This document shows positions 11,200 through 24,052 of a DNA stretch of 64,000 nucleotides, in pieces (position 1 is the first letter of the stretch; the number at the start of each line of letters is the position of its first letter). Source of the stretch: Rhynchobatus australiae (Eukaryota); assembly GCA_034780895.1 (NCBI GenBank), contig JAUZTB010000127.1, positions 33,085,752 to 33,149,751 on the forward strand. Direction: 5' to 3'. The notes beneath the pieces are model-generated. The model was not told where the DNA came from, did not search any database, and worked only from the letters and a program-made list of their open reading frames with translations. The translations under genes were made by a program, and so were the position numbers.

Positions 11200-14190
11200 A
11201 AAAATGATCCAGCCATGGCCAACTATAAGAGGTTAAGGATTATATTACGCTGAAGGATGATTCACACAAAATGCTACAGAGAGCAGAAAAGTAGAGGATC
11301 AAGAGTGCTTTAGCAATAGATATCATTATGCACTCGTCATTCTCTCCTTTAAAGTGGTCCATAGAGATCACTTGTCTAAAGTGAAACTGTCCCGTTTTTA
11401 CTCCGATACATCTCCTTACTGTGACAAATGCAATAATGGAGTGGCTTCTTTAATTCACATGTTCTGGACATGTCAAGAGTTTTAAAAAAGATATTGGACA
11501 GAGGTCTTTCAAACTTTTTCTGTACTTTTCAAAATAAATTTTAAATTTAATCCTTTGACTGCATTATTTGGGATCATTGGAGAAAAAGATACAACTTTGA
11601 AGGCTTTGATTTCACATTCTGGCTTTTTTCTCTCTTCTAGCCAGGAGAGCTGTTTTGCTTAAATGGAAGAAAGTTACTCTGCCTACTCATGCTCAATGGT
11701 TACGGGATGTTATGTCATATCTGAATCTAGAGAAGATTTGTTGTTCAGTTTTTGAACCTAACCTAGATTTTCAAACCCTGTGGGGACCTTTTCTGAATTA
11801 TTCCCAAAATCTTTGATTTGGTGACTAAAATATAGATATTGGGTGACATTATTATGTTTCAAGGGTTTTTCCTTGTTTTTTTTTAAAAATCAAACAGCTT
11901 TGGATTTTGGTAGTGGGAATAGATTTTTATATAATAATCTCAATTTTTCCTTTAACTATTATGTGATTAATTAATTTATTGTGATCTTAAGCATGATCTA
12001 ACACAACACATTCAGTAGTTTTTTTTTTACTTTTTTGATGCATGTACTCTACAATATTTAAATCCATGAAAAAAAATAAAGAGCAATGGATGGCAAATAA
12101 AGTTGAGAAAGAAGAGCAAATTAATAGGTTTGAGGGAGATTAAGAAATTCTGTAGATTAAGCAACAAAGAGAAATAGAGACAAAGAAATAATTGGGACAT
12201 GAAGCAATTCCCTTTTGAAGCTTCAATGTACAGGATATAATAAATATGACAGGAATAGTGATGAAGACAAGGCTCTGGCAACAATTAGGACTCTCCTGTC
12301 ACAGTGCCACAGTCCTCGGCAAGTGGAGACTCCAAGCATTGCCCTTATTCCATCANNNNNNNNNNNNNNNNNNNNNNNNNNNNNNNNNNNNNNNNNNNNN
12401 NNNNNNNNNNNNNNNNNNNNNNNNNNNNNNNNNNNNNNNNNNNNNNNNNNNNNNNCAAGGCTGAGCAGCAATCAGGAAACCACAGCCAAACTTAGGTCAC
12501 TCTTCCGGAGACTGAAAAGAAAAACTGGAAATGGAGAATAAAATGGTAGCCGAAGCATTAAACGAATACCTTGTATCCATCTTCAAGGTTGAATACATGA
12601 TAAATGTTGCTAAAATACAGGAGGGCCAAAAAGTCATCATTGACAAGTACAGATAACCCTCACGTTACAGCAGTTCAGGCATCAGAACTCACCCTTATGA
12701 AATTCATACAACATTATCAAAGAAACAGACATGGAATAAAAAATTCTCTCAGAACTTGTGTCAACTTTCTCTCCCATCTCATTTTTTGATGCATGTGCAG
12801 GTATGGCTCCACGTTACTGAAAATTGCAATGCGGATGGTTTTCTGGAGTGCAACCCCCCAAAACATGGGAGTTGCCGGTGCTGGGGAGGATAAATGGACT
12901 AAAATGCTCAAATCAGATACAAAAACCTGCATATAAAGGCGGCAGCTGCAGGGACAGCAAATGCATTAGTGATAATCATCCTAAATTCAACAGAGTTTGG
13001 AACAGTCCCAGCAGGTTGAAGTTACACTTCCTGTTTAAGAGGGAAAGAGAAAATAGGACACCATAGACAAATAGCTTAGCATCAGTTGTCAGGAATGGAT
13101 TGAAATCCATTATTCAGGACATGCTAATAGAGCACTTAAGAGCATTACAACATTATTTGAAAGTCAACATAATTTTATGAAAAAGAAATGTTTGAGCAGT
13201 TGCGAGGGAACCAACCCATGTAGTGTACAGGTATTTTCACATAAGTAATATTATAGCATGGCTGGAGGATTAAAAGAACATAATTTTCAGGTTGGCAAAC
13301 TAGAGGCAAATATAAAGAAACAACAATGCCAAAACACTCAGATCAGGGAGACATCTGTGGAAAGAGAAACCACTAAACAATTAGAAAAAGGTACACGATA
13401 CATTGGCCTTTGTGACAAGATGGTTGGAGTATTCGAAGATCACACAGGGCTTTAGTGGGACCACACCCAAGCTACTCAGTGTTGTTTGGGACCCTAAAGC
13501 CAAGGAAGGATACACTGGCTTTGGAGCAGATTCACTTCTGGATTGAGCAATTTGTCCTGACAGGAGACACCAAGTAAGACCTGCTTATATTCACTGAAAT
13601 TTAGATGAATCATAACTGGGTCTTTCAAAACATACAAGGCACTGGAATGGATCAGAGCTGATGTTGAAGTAAATTCCTCCAGCTAATTGTGCCCAGAATA
13701 AGAAAGGAAAGTGAGGTCACCCACTTTATTGCACAAAACAGAAAAATAGAGCATTTATTTTGAATGCAGTTGGGAAATTTTGATATTCAAAAGGATTTTT
13801 GCATCCCTGTACACAAGTCACCTAATGCTAACATGTCGATACAGCATGAAAGCAAAATGTCATTGTAGTCTTTCTATAATAGGGGATTCAAGTTCAGGAG
13901 TCAACATGCCCAACTGCAATTATACTGCATCTTGGGGAGACAACTGAAGTAGTGTGTACAGTTTTGGTCTTACTCAAAATGGCTATATTTGCCAGAGGGA
14001 ATGTAGCAAAGATTTACAAGATTGGTTACAGGGATGGCGGCTTTGCCATACAAGAGATCAAATAGACTTGACCTGTATTCTGCACAGTTTAGAAGAATGA
14101 GAGGAGATGTCATTGAAACTTAAAAAAGACTTGACAGGCCAAATACAATGAGGAAGTTTCCCTGGGGAGAGTCTAAATTGGGAAGAGGAG
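11200..14190 (+). mobile_element. Old, fragmented CR1-clade LINE remnants (host of the L1 insertion)
   Basis: Decayed CR1 ORF2 landmarks in order: EALNEYLVSIF (~12550), a GHHRQ-SLASVVR-like segment (~13056-13095), an IQKDFCIPVHKS (QRDLGVLVH-like) segment (~13785) and a FRRMRGDVIET segment (~14090). Unrelated sequence is interspersed. Confidence 0.6.
11322..12081 (+). mobile_element. 5'-truncated L1-clade LINE: ORF2 C-terminus, 3'UTR and A-tail
   Basis: FKVVHR, then zinc knuckle CDKCNNGVASLIHMFWTC (C-X2-C-X8-H-X4-C, 11420-11473), then LARRAVLLKWK, QWLRDVMSYLNLEK and FQTLWGPFLNY. T-rich 3'UTR, A-run near 12069-12080, and flanking duplication AGCAAT(A/G)GAT. Confidence 0.88.
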
Positions 14191-17100
14191 TGAAGGAAGA
14201 TTGCTATTACATGTGAAAACTGGCATCTGCAATGTTCAGCAGGAAATAGTCCATTCCAAATTAATTCCTGCTGGACAACCTGCACCCTTTGCTCCCTGCC
14301 TTTGGTTCGACTAGCACTTCAGGCCTCTCAATATTTCTGAAGGCCATTTAGGTATCACTTGCTATTAGAAAGAGATAAAAGATGGAACTGACTACACCAA
14401 GTCCCACAGGCACCACAGCCTTCTGACTTAGTTCCCTGAATGAGGTCACTGGCTCTCTTGTTTACAAGGNNNNNNNNNNNNNNNNNNNNNNNNNNNNNNN
14501 NNNNNNNNNNNNNNNNNNNNNNNNNNNNNNNNNNNNNNNNNNNNNNNNNNNNNNNNNNNNNNNNNNNNNGCTTCTAGCTAAATAGTCTTGCTTTCTTCAA
14601 ACTTTATTATGGAATATTTTAGAAGCACCTGCTTCTTCAAACATTGGCAAAACAGATTAGTTATCCTAATAGCAGTGGCCCTTTACTATGCTGCTGCTTT
14701 TTTGATTTAGAATAGAATGGAGGGTTAAGGGGACTGGGAACAGACATAATCAGTGATTCCAAGACTTTAAGGTGAATTTAATGCCATAATTCATCCCCAA
14801 TCAAAAAAAGTCCTTTTAAAATGAATGGAATAAACTATTTTCTCAAAGCAAAAAAAAGTCAGACATAATGAGCAGCTGCAACACCTAGCACAAAATAAGC
14901 TTGTGCTATTAGGATACTTGCTTTTCTCCAAACTACAAGGGCAAGATTACTATTTTCTCTAACATGTTATTAAAGTTGCTTTAAACATTCAGATGTGACC
15001 AATACTAGTACTGAAGCAGAAGTTTTCAATATGAACAGGAAACGTATTTAATCTTCACAAAAGCAGCTACTTGTTTAACATTACCAAATGAGGGCCTTGG
15101 TAACTTGTGAAAGCCCCAATATTTCACAGCTCTTCACAATAAGCCACTTGTTTTCAAGAAGCCCCTTTCATGTGCCAAAATGCTGAGCCTCTTTGTATGG
15201 ATATCAATGGTCACATTCAACGCCATGTGGATAATACCCAGCGAGAAGAACACTGTCAACATCACTTACTCTCCAAAGAGCACCTCACGAAAAGTGCTTG
15301 CACACATGATGCTGCCCAAAAGAAACAGTGACCTTGCCAAATAATTAACCTGGAATCTCAGAAAAGCCCTGGCAGTATTAGGTGGCTACAACTAGATCTA
15401 TGATGACAGGCCCATTTAATTGTTCCTTTATGTAATGAGCAAAGAGCATTTTTCCTTACCATACCTGATCATAGGCTACAAAATGCTACCAAAATAGTTT
15501 GTGATCAAGGTAGAATGTCCACAACATCAGTAATATATAGTAATTTGGATTATGGATCAGTTGGTGGGAGTGCAGCAAAGCTGTGGCTTTCAAAACTCTA
15601 CAGGAGGAAGGAGATAACAAGAGGGGAAGAGAAGCCAAGAAATTACATGACAGCAAAGACTGTGGTGCAAAAGATGGAGTTAGGAAAGGGACANNNNNNN
15701 NNNNNNNNNNNNNNNNNNNNNNNNNNNNNNNNNNNNNNNNNNNNNNNNNNNNNNNNNNNNNNNNNNNNNNNNNNNNNNNNNNNNNNNNNNNNNGGACAAG
15801 CACAAGAGCTAAATCTAACAGAAGTGTAAATAAGGAAAGCTGCATCAATATCTGACCAAAAACTATCCCATTTGGGAGAATCACTATCATTCAGAATACC
15901 ATAAATGTTACACTGATGAGCAACTGTACTCTCCTCAAAAATGTTTAATTCATTCCCTTGTCACATTTGGCTTTCATTTATGACAGGAAGCTGAATGAGA
16001 CAATATTGCTTTGAAATAAGTTCAATTTTAACATTAGAGACGTGGCATTTAGAGTTTAGAGGAGGAGGATTGAGAGGAGTGAGGGATAGGGGCTGAGAAA
16101 GAGCATGTATGATTAAAGTTTGAGTATGCAACTGTATCTGTATGGTTAGAGCATGCCTGCATGTGGTTAGGGTATTAGGAGTGTTTGTACTTGCTTATCT
16201 TAAGTCCATGCAGAGCCTGATCTCCAATCATCCTGGAAGTCATTGCCACAGGAGCACATACTGGCATGCTCTATCAAGACCATGTAGCAGCTCATGTGCA
16301 GTCACCCCATCACTGTGCACAGGCATCTTNNNNNNNNNNCTGAATAAAGTAGGGAAGAATTTCAACGGGAGATCCCCAGCTACCACACTTTAGCGAAAAG
16401 AACACTTTTTCCCCCATTTCCGAGTCAAATTAGAATCCTAAAACTCAGTCAATACATACTTAAACCTACAGTAAGAAATGAAAAACTTCTCATTCTAGAT
16501 TATACAGCAGTATAAAGGATGACTGAAAATAGCATCATCCTTTGGAAACATTTATAAATAGAATTATAAATGTCTATTGATCTTATCAGTAATGGAAACA
16601 TGTGCTCAGCAGCTTTAACAAACATCTGAAAGTATGATTTTTCACTAAATTGTCATAAAGGGATATCATTCCTCTAACAGCACAAGTTTCAGTTCACATG
16701 CAACAACACATTGACTGAATTCCCACAAGCTGTACTACCTTTATGTCAATAAACTGCCCTCACTATTGGTCCTACAGAAACCTTCAGAAGAAGTAACTTT
16801 GCCCTCCCATATTCTGTACAGATGCAGTTGGCATAACACCGGGAGGTGAAGTAATGTGCATGGAAATCACGCAACCTCTGAAGCAGTCCGTTGGGAGACA
16901 GTAGCTCAAGTCAGAGAGTGCCTGGTTCAGTCCGTTGACTGCAGTCCAAATGACCACATCTCACGACCATCTCAAGAATGTCTCGCAAAGGTGAACCTGG
17001 CATAAGCAACCAAAGACAGAAGGGTATGCAGGGAAGAAAATTCCACAAATTTTACTGACATTAATCTATAAACATACAGGATGTCTGCAACAAGAAAGTT

Positions 17101-17239
17101 GCAGAAGTTACTTGTGCCATATAGAAGTAGGTGGCATGCCAGGGCCACAACCTAATGCTCAAAATATTCACTGGACTTGTTGGGAATTGTGAGGAATGAT
17201 GGTGGCAATACTAGTTAATCAATTTTTAAACTAGTTACT

Positions 17240-17648
17240 ATCATACAGTACGGTAACCAGCTCTTCAGACCATTAGGTCCACATTGACTATTTAGAACCA
17301 AATTTACACTAATCTCATCAATTCTTCTCCCTCCACCACTCCAAGATTCTACCATCACAAAAACATTCGAGGGATATTTACAACAGCCAATCACCCTGCC
17401 AACCCACATTTCTTTGGAAGAGGGGGAACTGGAGCACCTAGAGGAAACCAACACATAGGAAGAACATGGAGACACAAGGGTCAATAGTAACTGGGATATC
17501 CACGGTGAAGATGAGGCAATGAGGGCCAGGAAGTTGAAAGTTTAGGGAGAATATGCAAACTCACAGACAGCACCCAGAGTTGGGATTGACCCTGGGTCAC
17601 TAGAGCTGCAAGGCAGCAGCTCTACGAGCTGCTCCACTGTGCTGCCCT
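17240..17648 (-). mobile_element. tRNA-derived SINE with V-SINE core (HE1-like), interrupted by a 75-bp insert
   Basis: Minus-strand head gggcagcacagtggagcagctcgtagagctgctgcc...cccagggtcaatccc (A/B-box like). Core tgtgagtttgcatattctccc...ggtttcctctaggtgctccagtt. Confidence 0.8.
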
Positions 17649-18439
17649 AGGAAGATGACAACGCACTCAATCCCATCCCTGGTCATCTTCCTCTTCCCAA
17701 CTCTTCATTTTCACCCCAGCTTTGGTATTTGAGGTACACAAGATAATGTTAACATAAAACTTGTCTGTGGAGATCATGAAGTGCCAAAAACCTAAACAGG
17801 ACTTACACTTTTTCTACATTGTGGTTAAATAAGGCCCCACTTCATTCCATGGAGAATGGCTATTGCCATTAGCAGCAATGATACACATGCCAAATCCTCA
17901 GAGGGAGCCTACTTCTCTTGATTCAGCTTTTACCAGGTGCAGCTTTTGTTCCAATTACTAGACCAATACTATATTTCCTCTGATTCTAGCCAAGAAATAC
18001 CGAAAGTGAAATTTAGGATCAGAACATAAACATTACAACAATCTAACTTTTTTTTTTAAAAAAAGCAATAATTTTTTTTTAAAAAATACACATTTCAATA
18101 ACAGTTGGAGGTTGCATACAGTATCAATAAAACTCCCAGCATAGCAGGGTATTCAGTCCACTACGGGAGTTCATGCTCCATACCAACCCCTTCACAACCC
18201 ATCTTTCCCTCTACCCTAATTAACTTCTTAAGCATCAGTGCTATTCAACCCCCATAAGACTAAATTCCACAGATAAATCCATCTCTAATTTGGAGTGTGT
18301 AACCCTTCAGTCTGGTTAGTCCTTCCAGGCTCATCCAGGAATAATAAATTCCCAACTTGCATTACCTTTACAACAAACTGCATAACAAATGCCTCCTTTT
18401 CTTGCAGAACAATCCCATTGCAACAAATACTGCAAGATT

Positions 18440-18780
18440 ACACATATGACCTCTGAGAAGCAGGCCAATCAGCTTCAAACTATTCAATAAGACCACGGCC
18501 AATCTGATTCTAGTTTGAACTATTCCATCTACCCCGGTAATCTTCCACCCCCTTGTTCATCGAGAATCACCTGTCTCTACCTCAGAGATTCAAGGGCAGC
18601 TTCCATTGGCCTTTGAGGAAGGGAGAGTTCCAGAGACTCAGGACACACAGAAAACAAATGTGATTCACCTTAAATGGACAATTTGTTAGTGTTAAACAGG
18701 CAATCCCTGGTTCTAGATTCTCTCACAACAGGAAACTTATCTTGTCAAGGTCTCCAGAAGACATTTGTGAAAAGTATGGC
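18440..18780 (-). mobile_element. CR1-clade LINE 3' fragment (degenerate)
   Basis: Reverse-complement CR1 tail: gagaagcaggcc...tattcaataagaccacggccaatctg...gagttccagagactc...ccctggttctagattctc. Confidence 0.6.
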
Positions 18781-18851
18781 ACATTTATTTGTCCAGGTTT
18801 TACTTTTATTCAACATTCAGATGCTCTTCAATGGCCACTATAATAATCTAC

Positions 18852-19548
18852 TTTTGTAGAAAGTTTATCTATCACCACCACATGGCTTCATTCACATATC
18901 TCCGATTAGAAAGCTCTAAAATAAACATCAATCACAGTCTACTCCCACAACACAGCTCTTTCCAGTCGCCTCCCTCAGCACATAATGACCATCTGTAACA
19001 GATGTGGAAAATATTGGACAAATGTGGAAAATGTGTTTGATTGCTGCCCACAATGTGATGCTGCGGGACCAAGTCAGGGAAACAGTTTGCAATCTAAAAC
19101 ACAGAAAGCATTTGGATTATTGAATAATTTAATGATTTGTAACAGTAACTTACAAATATTTAAAATGAAATTAAAAAGAACAGGTTTTAATCCCACTGGT
19201 TGTCAGGTACTTCACTAGCACCATTCTTAGAACTAACACATTTTACAACATCACCCTGAAGAGCAGAAGCATTCCTTTTGTACCGTGGCCAGTATTTATC
19301 CCCATGACCAAATTGGAACCACATTATCAGTGCTTTCTTTTCCACTGTCATTTGTGATAGCTTCCATTGGACAACTTTAGTCAGTATTGCCCAAACAACA
19401 AAATGACAAGCAATATTTTAAAAGTCCTAAATTAACCTATCAAGAGCTGTGTTGTGGGAGTAGACTGTGCTTGATGTTTATTTTTGAGCTTTCTAATCAG
19501 ATGTGTGAATGAAGCCATGTGGTGGTGATAGATAAACTTTGAACAAAA
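18852..19548. repeat. Long inverted repeat, ~100-bp arms with 481-bp spacer
   Basis: 18860-18960 is the reverse complement of 19442-19540, apart from 3 substitutions and one 2-nt indel. Confidence 0.95.
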
Positions 19549-22500
19549 CCGAACCTTGAAAGAGTAATTATTAACCCCACCACCTCATCCACAAATTTGA
19601 ATAATTTTTGGTTCAGTTCCATTAACATTTAGTATTACTTCTGAAAGTGTGGTTGAGAAGTAGTAAATGCATCTGATTCGGAAAAAAGCAGACTGAATAC
19701 TCTGTATTGGACTAACAGACTTCCCACAGGCAAGGAAGCAAATGGCTCCAATTTGAATTTTTTTGTTTTACTGAATAAAAAGGGACAGAAGTTAGACTTT
19801 TTGGTGTTCAAATAAAAGTATTATCTTAAAAAGTTATTTATGTCAGGATCCAGTAGCCATCTTTAAATATTGTAGCAAAATTCTAGGCAGATGGAAAAAT
19901 GAAAGTAATTGCTGGGCATACTCTGTAGGCAAGGCAGTAATTGTGAAGAGAAAAAAAGTGTTTCAGTGTAAACGTTATTGTTTTCAAATACTATTTCTCT
20001 CACTCCCTCTGCAGATGCTACTGGAAGTATTAAGTCAGGCATTTTCTGATTTCCCAGTACTTTACTCATGCTATCACTCCAAACTCCAACCATTTCAAGA
20101 AGCCAGAAGATTGGAACACATTTATCTTCCTCCCCTGCAAGGAGAAATAACTCAAGTTTATGTACAATCACAAGTCACTGCCAAGTGCTTTTAACGTAAT
20201 ACTTTGAAATGTATTCTCAGCAATTCCATGAAATATATTAACCAATTTGACCAAATGTAACTCAAACAGCCATGAATAAAAATAGAACCAGATGACATTT
20301 CCTATTTTGTTTAGAGGATAAATGTTGACCATGCTAGAAGTAATATTCCTACTCGTCTTCAAAATAGTGTTGCAAGATCTTCTACGTCTAAGTAAGGGGA
20401 TCGATTAGCAGGTGATATAGAAGATACACCTCAGGGAGCATGACAGAGGAGACAGAGGCAGCATGACTAAATTGGTGCATTGAACTCGTAGTAGTTTGGA
20501 GGTGGACAGTCACGAGGCTAAGGCTGACATTTGCAGCAGCAATGGTACAAAACATTTCAAACCACTGAAGAATGACAAATAATGACAACATCACTAATCA
20601 ATGCCCAGCCAGTGCCGAAAGACCAGATTGGTGCAGTGGTAGCACTGCTGCTACCTTCGGAAATGCTGAGGTATTGTATTTTTCATCCCTCTTCAACTCC
20701 CTCTGTAAAACCTATTTGACCAAGCTTTTGGATACCTGATCTAATAGCTTATATGGAAACAAAGCACATCTTGTTCAATAACACTGAAGCTTCTTTGGAC
20801 ATTTTGCCAATGTCAAAAGCACTATATAAATGGGCTGTTATTCTTGCTGATCTGAACCCCTGATTGATGCATCAGTACAATACAGACGGGCCAAGCTTAT
20901 CCTCCTCTAATCTCATGAAGCATCAGAGCATTCATAAAATAACTACCTCACTTCAATAAAGCTGGCTACATAAATGGTATTTATTGATGCACAGTTAAAT
21001 GATTTCCCACACAATTTTGCAAGACCATGCACAAATTAAGTATTCAAAACTATTTACCATCACCATATCCATGCAACACAAATCTATAGCAAGCTACTCT
21101 GGCAATTCATGGCTGGGGCAGTTTGGGTAAATGAACTGTAAAACAACTAATCTAAAAGGAGCGCAGCCAGAAGGGTGGAGTGGTTTTGGGAAGCCTACAA
21201 GGAACTGCATTTGGATGGAAAGCATTATCAAAGTATGAAAGTATCACTATGAAAGTAAGTATCTTACACCAACAAAAACAACTGCAAACCAAAATGTGCA
21301 AGATCCTCCTAAAGCATTGCTGTTCCCAAGTACTAACAGAATAAGACATGCAATCTTTGGATTCAGGTGGGCGGAAAGCTCCAAGTCATATTAAGTGCAA
21401 GCCATAAAAATCTCTCACTTCAATTTAAGTATTTCAGTGTTCTAACACATGTCTTTTATATAAACATTTAACACATGTGCCTGAACATTCTTGTTGACAA
21501 AATCTTACAGTAATAATTTGCATGCATGGAAATTTCTCCCATATGATGTCCTAATCAATTTAATCTGTTCCTTTAAATTGAAGTTATTGCACAGAGTTTA
21601 GAAAAGGCTATTCCAAGCACTCCCAGTATTGCAATTTTCCCTCTTACCAAAATGTTACATGGACTCTAGTAAAATGTTCCTTGCAAAAAAAAAACTCTTA
21701 AATGTAGGAAGCAACAACTGGTTGTGGCAGTGCACTCCAAAGAGGGCCCCTGNNNNNNNNNNNNNNNNNNNNNNNNNNNNNNNNNNNNNNNNNNNNNNNN
21801 NNNNNNNNNNNNNNNNNNNNNNNNNNNNNNNNNNNNNNNNNNNNNNNNNNNNCCCTGAACAAAAACAGTATCCTGTTGCTTTCCCTGTGGGAAAATCTGA
21901 AGATAGAAGTCATGTCAGGTCACTTTCCCAGTATAATCCAAATGAGCTTTATGTATTTCTCTATCCAAGACTACAAACCATAAAAAAGATTCAAAAATGA
22001 AGCACTGCCTGTGTAAAGAATCAGATATTGCACATAACAGCCCAAACATTTCACTAAGGGATCACTGAAGCAGTTGAACATTTTCTCTATCCTTTTATAC
22101 ACCTGATATTGCAGCATAAATTATTAACTTGGAAAATCTAGTAAAAGTGAAGGTGACTTGGCTGGAATAAAATTCCAAATCCTGCCGACATTAGCAATTA
22201 AGTTAATAATATCTGTACAAGGGTATTCAATTTGGGCATAACTATGACAATGATATCTCACAAGTTAAAAGATGACTGGAAACCTGTCACTATTTTCATG
22301 AGGGTAATTGGTTCAGACTTTTCAGTGAAGATCAGTTGGGAAGCTGCCTCAAAAGACCAGAACAGACTATTCTGCTGATTTTTGCTGTCATTGTCCAGAT
22401 ACTTGCCATTTCCAAAAGGTGCTGTAATTGTGTGCTACTGCAAGTGTACAGTTATAGATGAGACCAAGTTCAGTCCTTGTTACTGCAAAGTCAGAAAGGG

Positions 22501-23199
22501 CCAAAAGGTGAATCAGAGCAGAACTGTTTGCCTGTAGAATTTGAAAATGCAAAATAGACCACAATTTTAGTAGCAGTAAAAAGGGGTTTCTACCTTTTTA
22601 CTTTCTAACTGTTTAATACAGAGAGGAACCAGTTTCCCCCAAAAAAAACACACATCAGAACCTTGTATCAATGTTTGTTACAATGGATAGATTATGTATT
22701 TTGCTTTACATTTACAAGTTCCTTTTTAATTACTAAGCAGAGTAACTGCTGTGGTCTGGAAAACTCAACCAAGTTCAATATCTCAACTGTAGGAAGAGTG
22801 CTAAACTCAATAATTAGTTGCGGATGTCAACCACCACCTTGCAGTGGCTAGAAAGCTGCTCCCAAGTGACATTGTGAATTCTGTCCATGTAGGGCAGTGA
22901 ACATGATCTTCACCATTTGACAACTCTAAATACAGGAGCAACACCAGCCACCATATAGTGGCTCCTTTAATCTCACATTAATCCTTTGACACCATCAGTT
23001 GGGAGGGACCAAGGAGCAATCCCCCAACGTGGTAGCCCACAGAAATCCCTCTCCATTTTAATGGAGAGCCANNNNNNNNNNNNNNNNNNNNNNNNNNNNN
23101 NNNNNNNNNNNNNNNNNNNNNNNNNNNNNNNNTTAATCGTTTTCACTGCAACATTGAGCCTTGCCTCCAAACCTCTGGAGTGAAGCTAATCTTCACAAC

Positions 23200-23740
23200 T
23201 GATGGGAACTCTTCAACCTATGGCAACTACACTCCAGAACAGAGGTCACCCAAACCTCATTTCACAGACTATGCTTGCATTTGCACCTAGTGGAGGCCAA
23301 GCTCTGAGATACTATCAGATTGTTCACAGAAGTATACAAGAGGTTGGGCCTTTTACTCAACATCTACAAAGCCAAAGTCCTCTAACCAACCTGCCCCCTC
23401 TGCACCACACTGCTCTCTGACAAAAGCTTCATTATGAGACCGGAAAACTTCATGCACCTCATAAGCTACTTTTTGGCTAAGTCTGATATTGATAAGGAAA
23501 TTCACCATCGCCTGCAATACATCACCACATCTATTTATTGAATGAGGAAAAGACTGGGCACAAAACTCATGGCCTATCAGGCAGCAATGATTCTTGCCTT
23601 TTATGCACTTCTAAGACCTGGACTACCTTCAGGAATCAGAAACCAATGGAAAAATAAAGTCTTTACAGTACATTTGGACAATTTTGCAAAGATCGACAAA
23701 TCAAGAGAGTGTCCTCTCTCAGACCAACATCCATAATATT
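23200..23740 (+). mobile_element. Probable decayed tyrosine-recombinase retroelement (DIRS/Ngaro-like) fragment
   Basis: AAMILAFYALLRPG (23581-23622) resembles the YR box around the first catalytic Arg (LAFfgfLRxgE). It is followed by FTVHL..AKIDK..CPL and preceded by a YTRGWAFY segment (~23332). Confidence 0.45.
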
Positions 23741-23743
23741 GAG

Positions 23744-24052
23744 TGTAACCAGGGTCTCAAGTCAGCTAGAATGGGAATGTCATGCATGACTGCTGTGTGA
23801 AATCGTTCTTTCCGGTCTTAAGGATGAAGGACTCTGGAACACGAGCTTTATAGACCAAAACTAGTTTCATCACAAAGGCAAATGCAGGGACAGAATGGAT
23901 GGGAACAGGCACACATTCACTCACGCAAGATACCGCAAACACGAGAGGGAATACGCAACTGGGGTAACATACACTCACACTGATACAAACAAGCACACAA
24001 TAACAATGTACAACTTCAGGATATAACACCTCAATGCCTGGCCCACCCTAGC
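23744..24052 (-). mobile_element. Possible LTR 3' portion, truncated by a gap
   Basis: Begins tgtaac on + (ends ...gttaca on -), retains more CpG than its flanks, is TG-rich on the minus strand, interrupts the YR-like remnant and runs into a 100-N gap. Confidence 0.35.
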
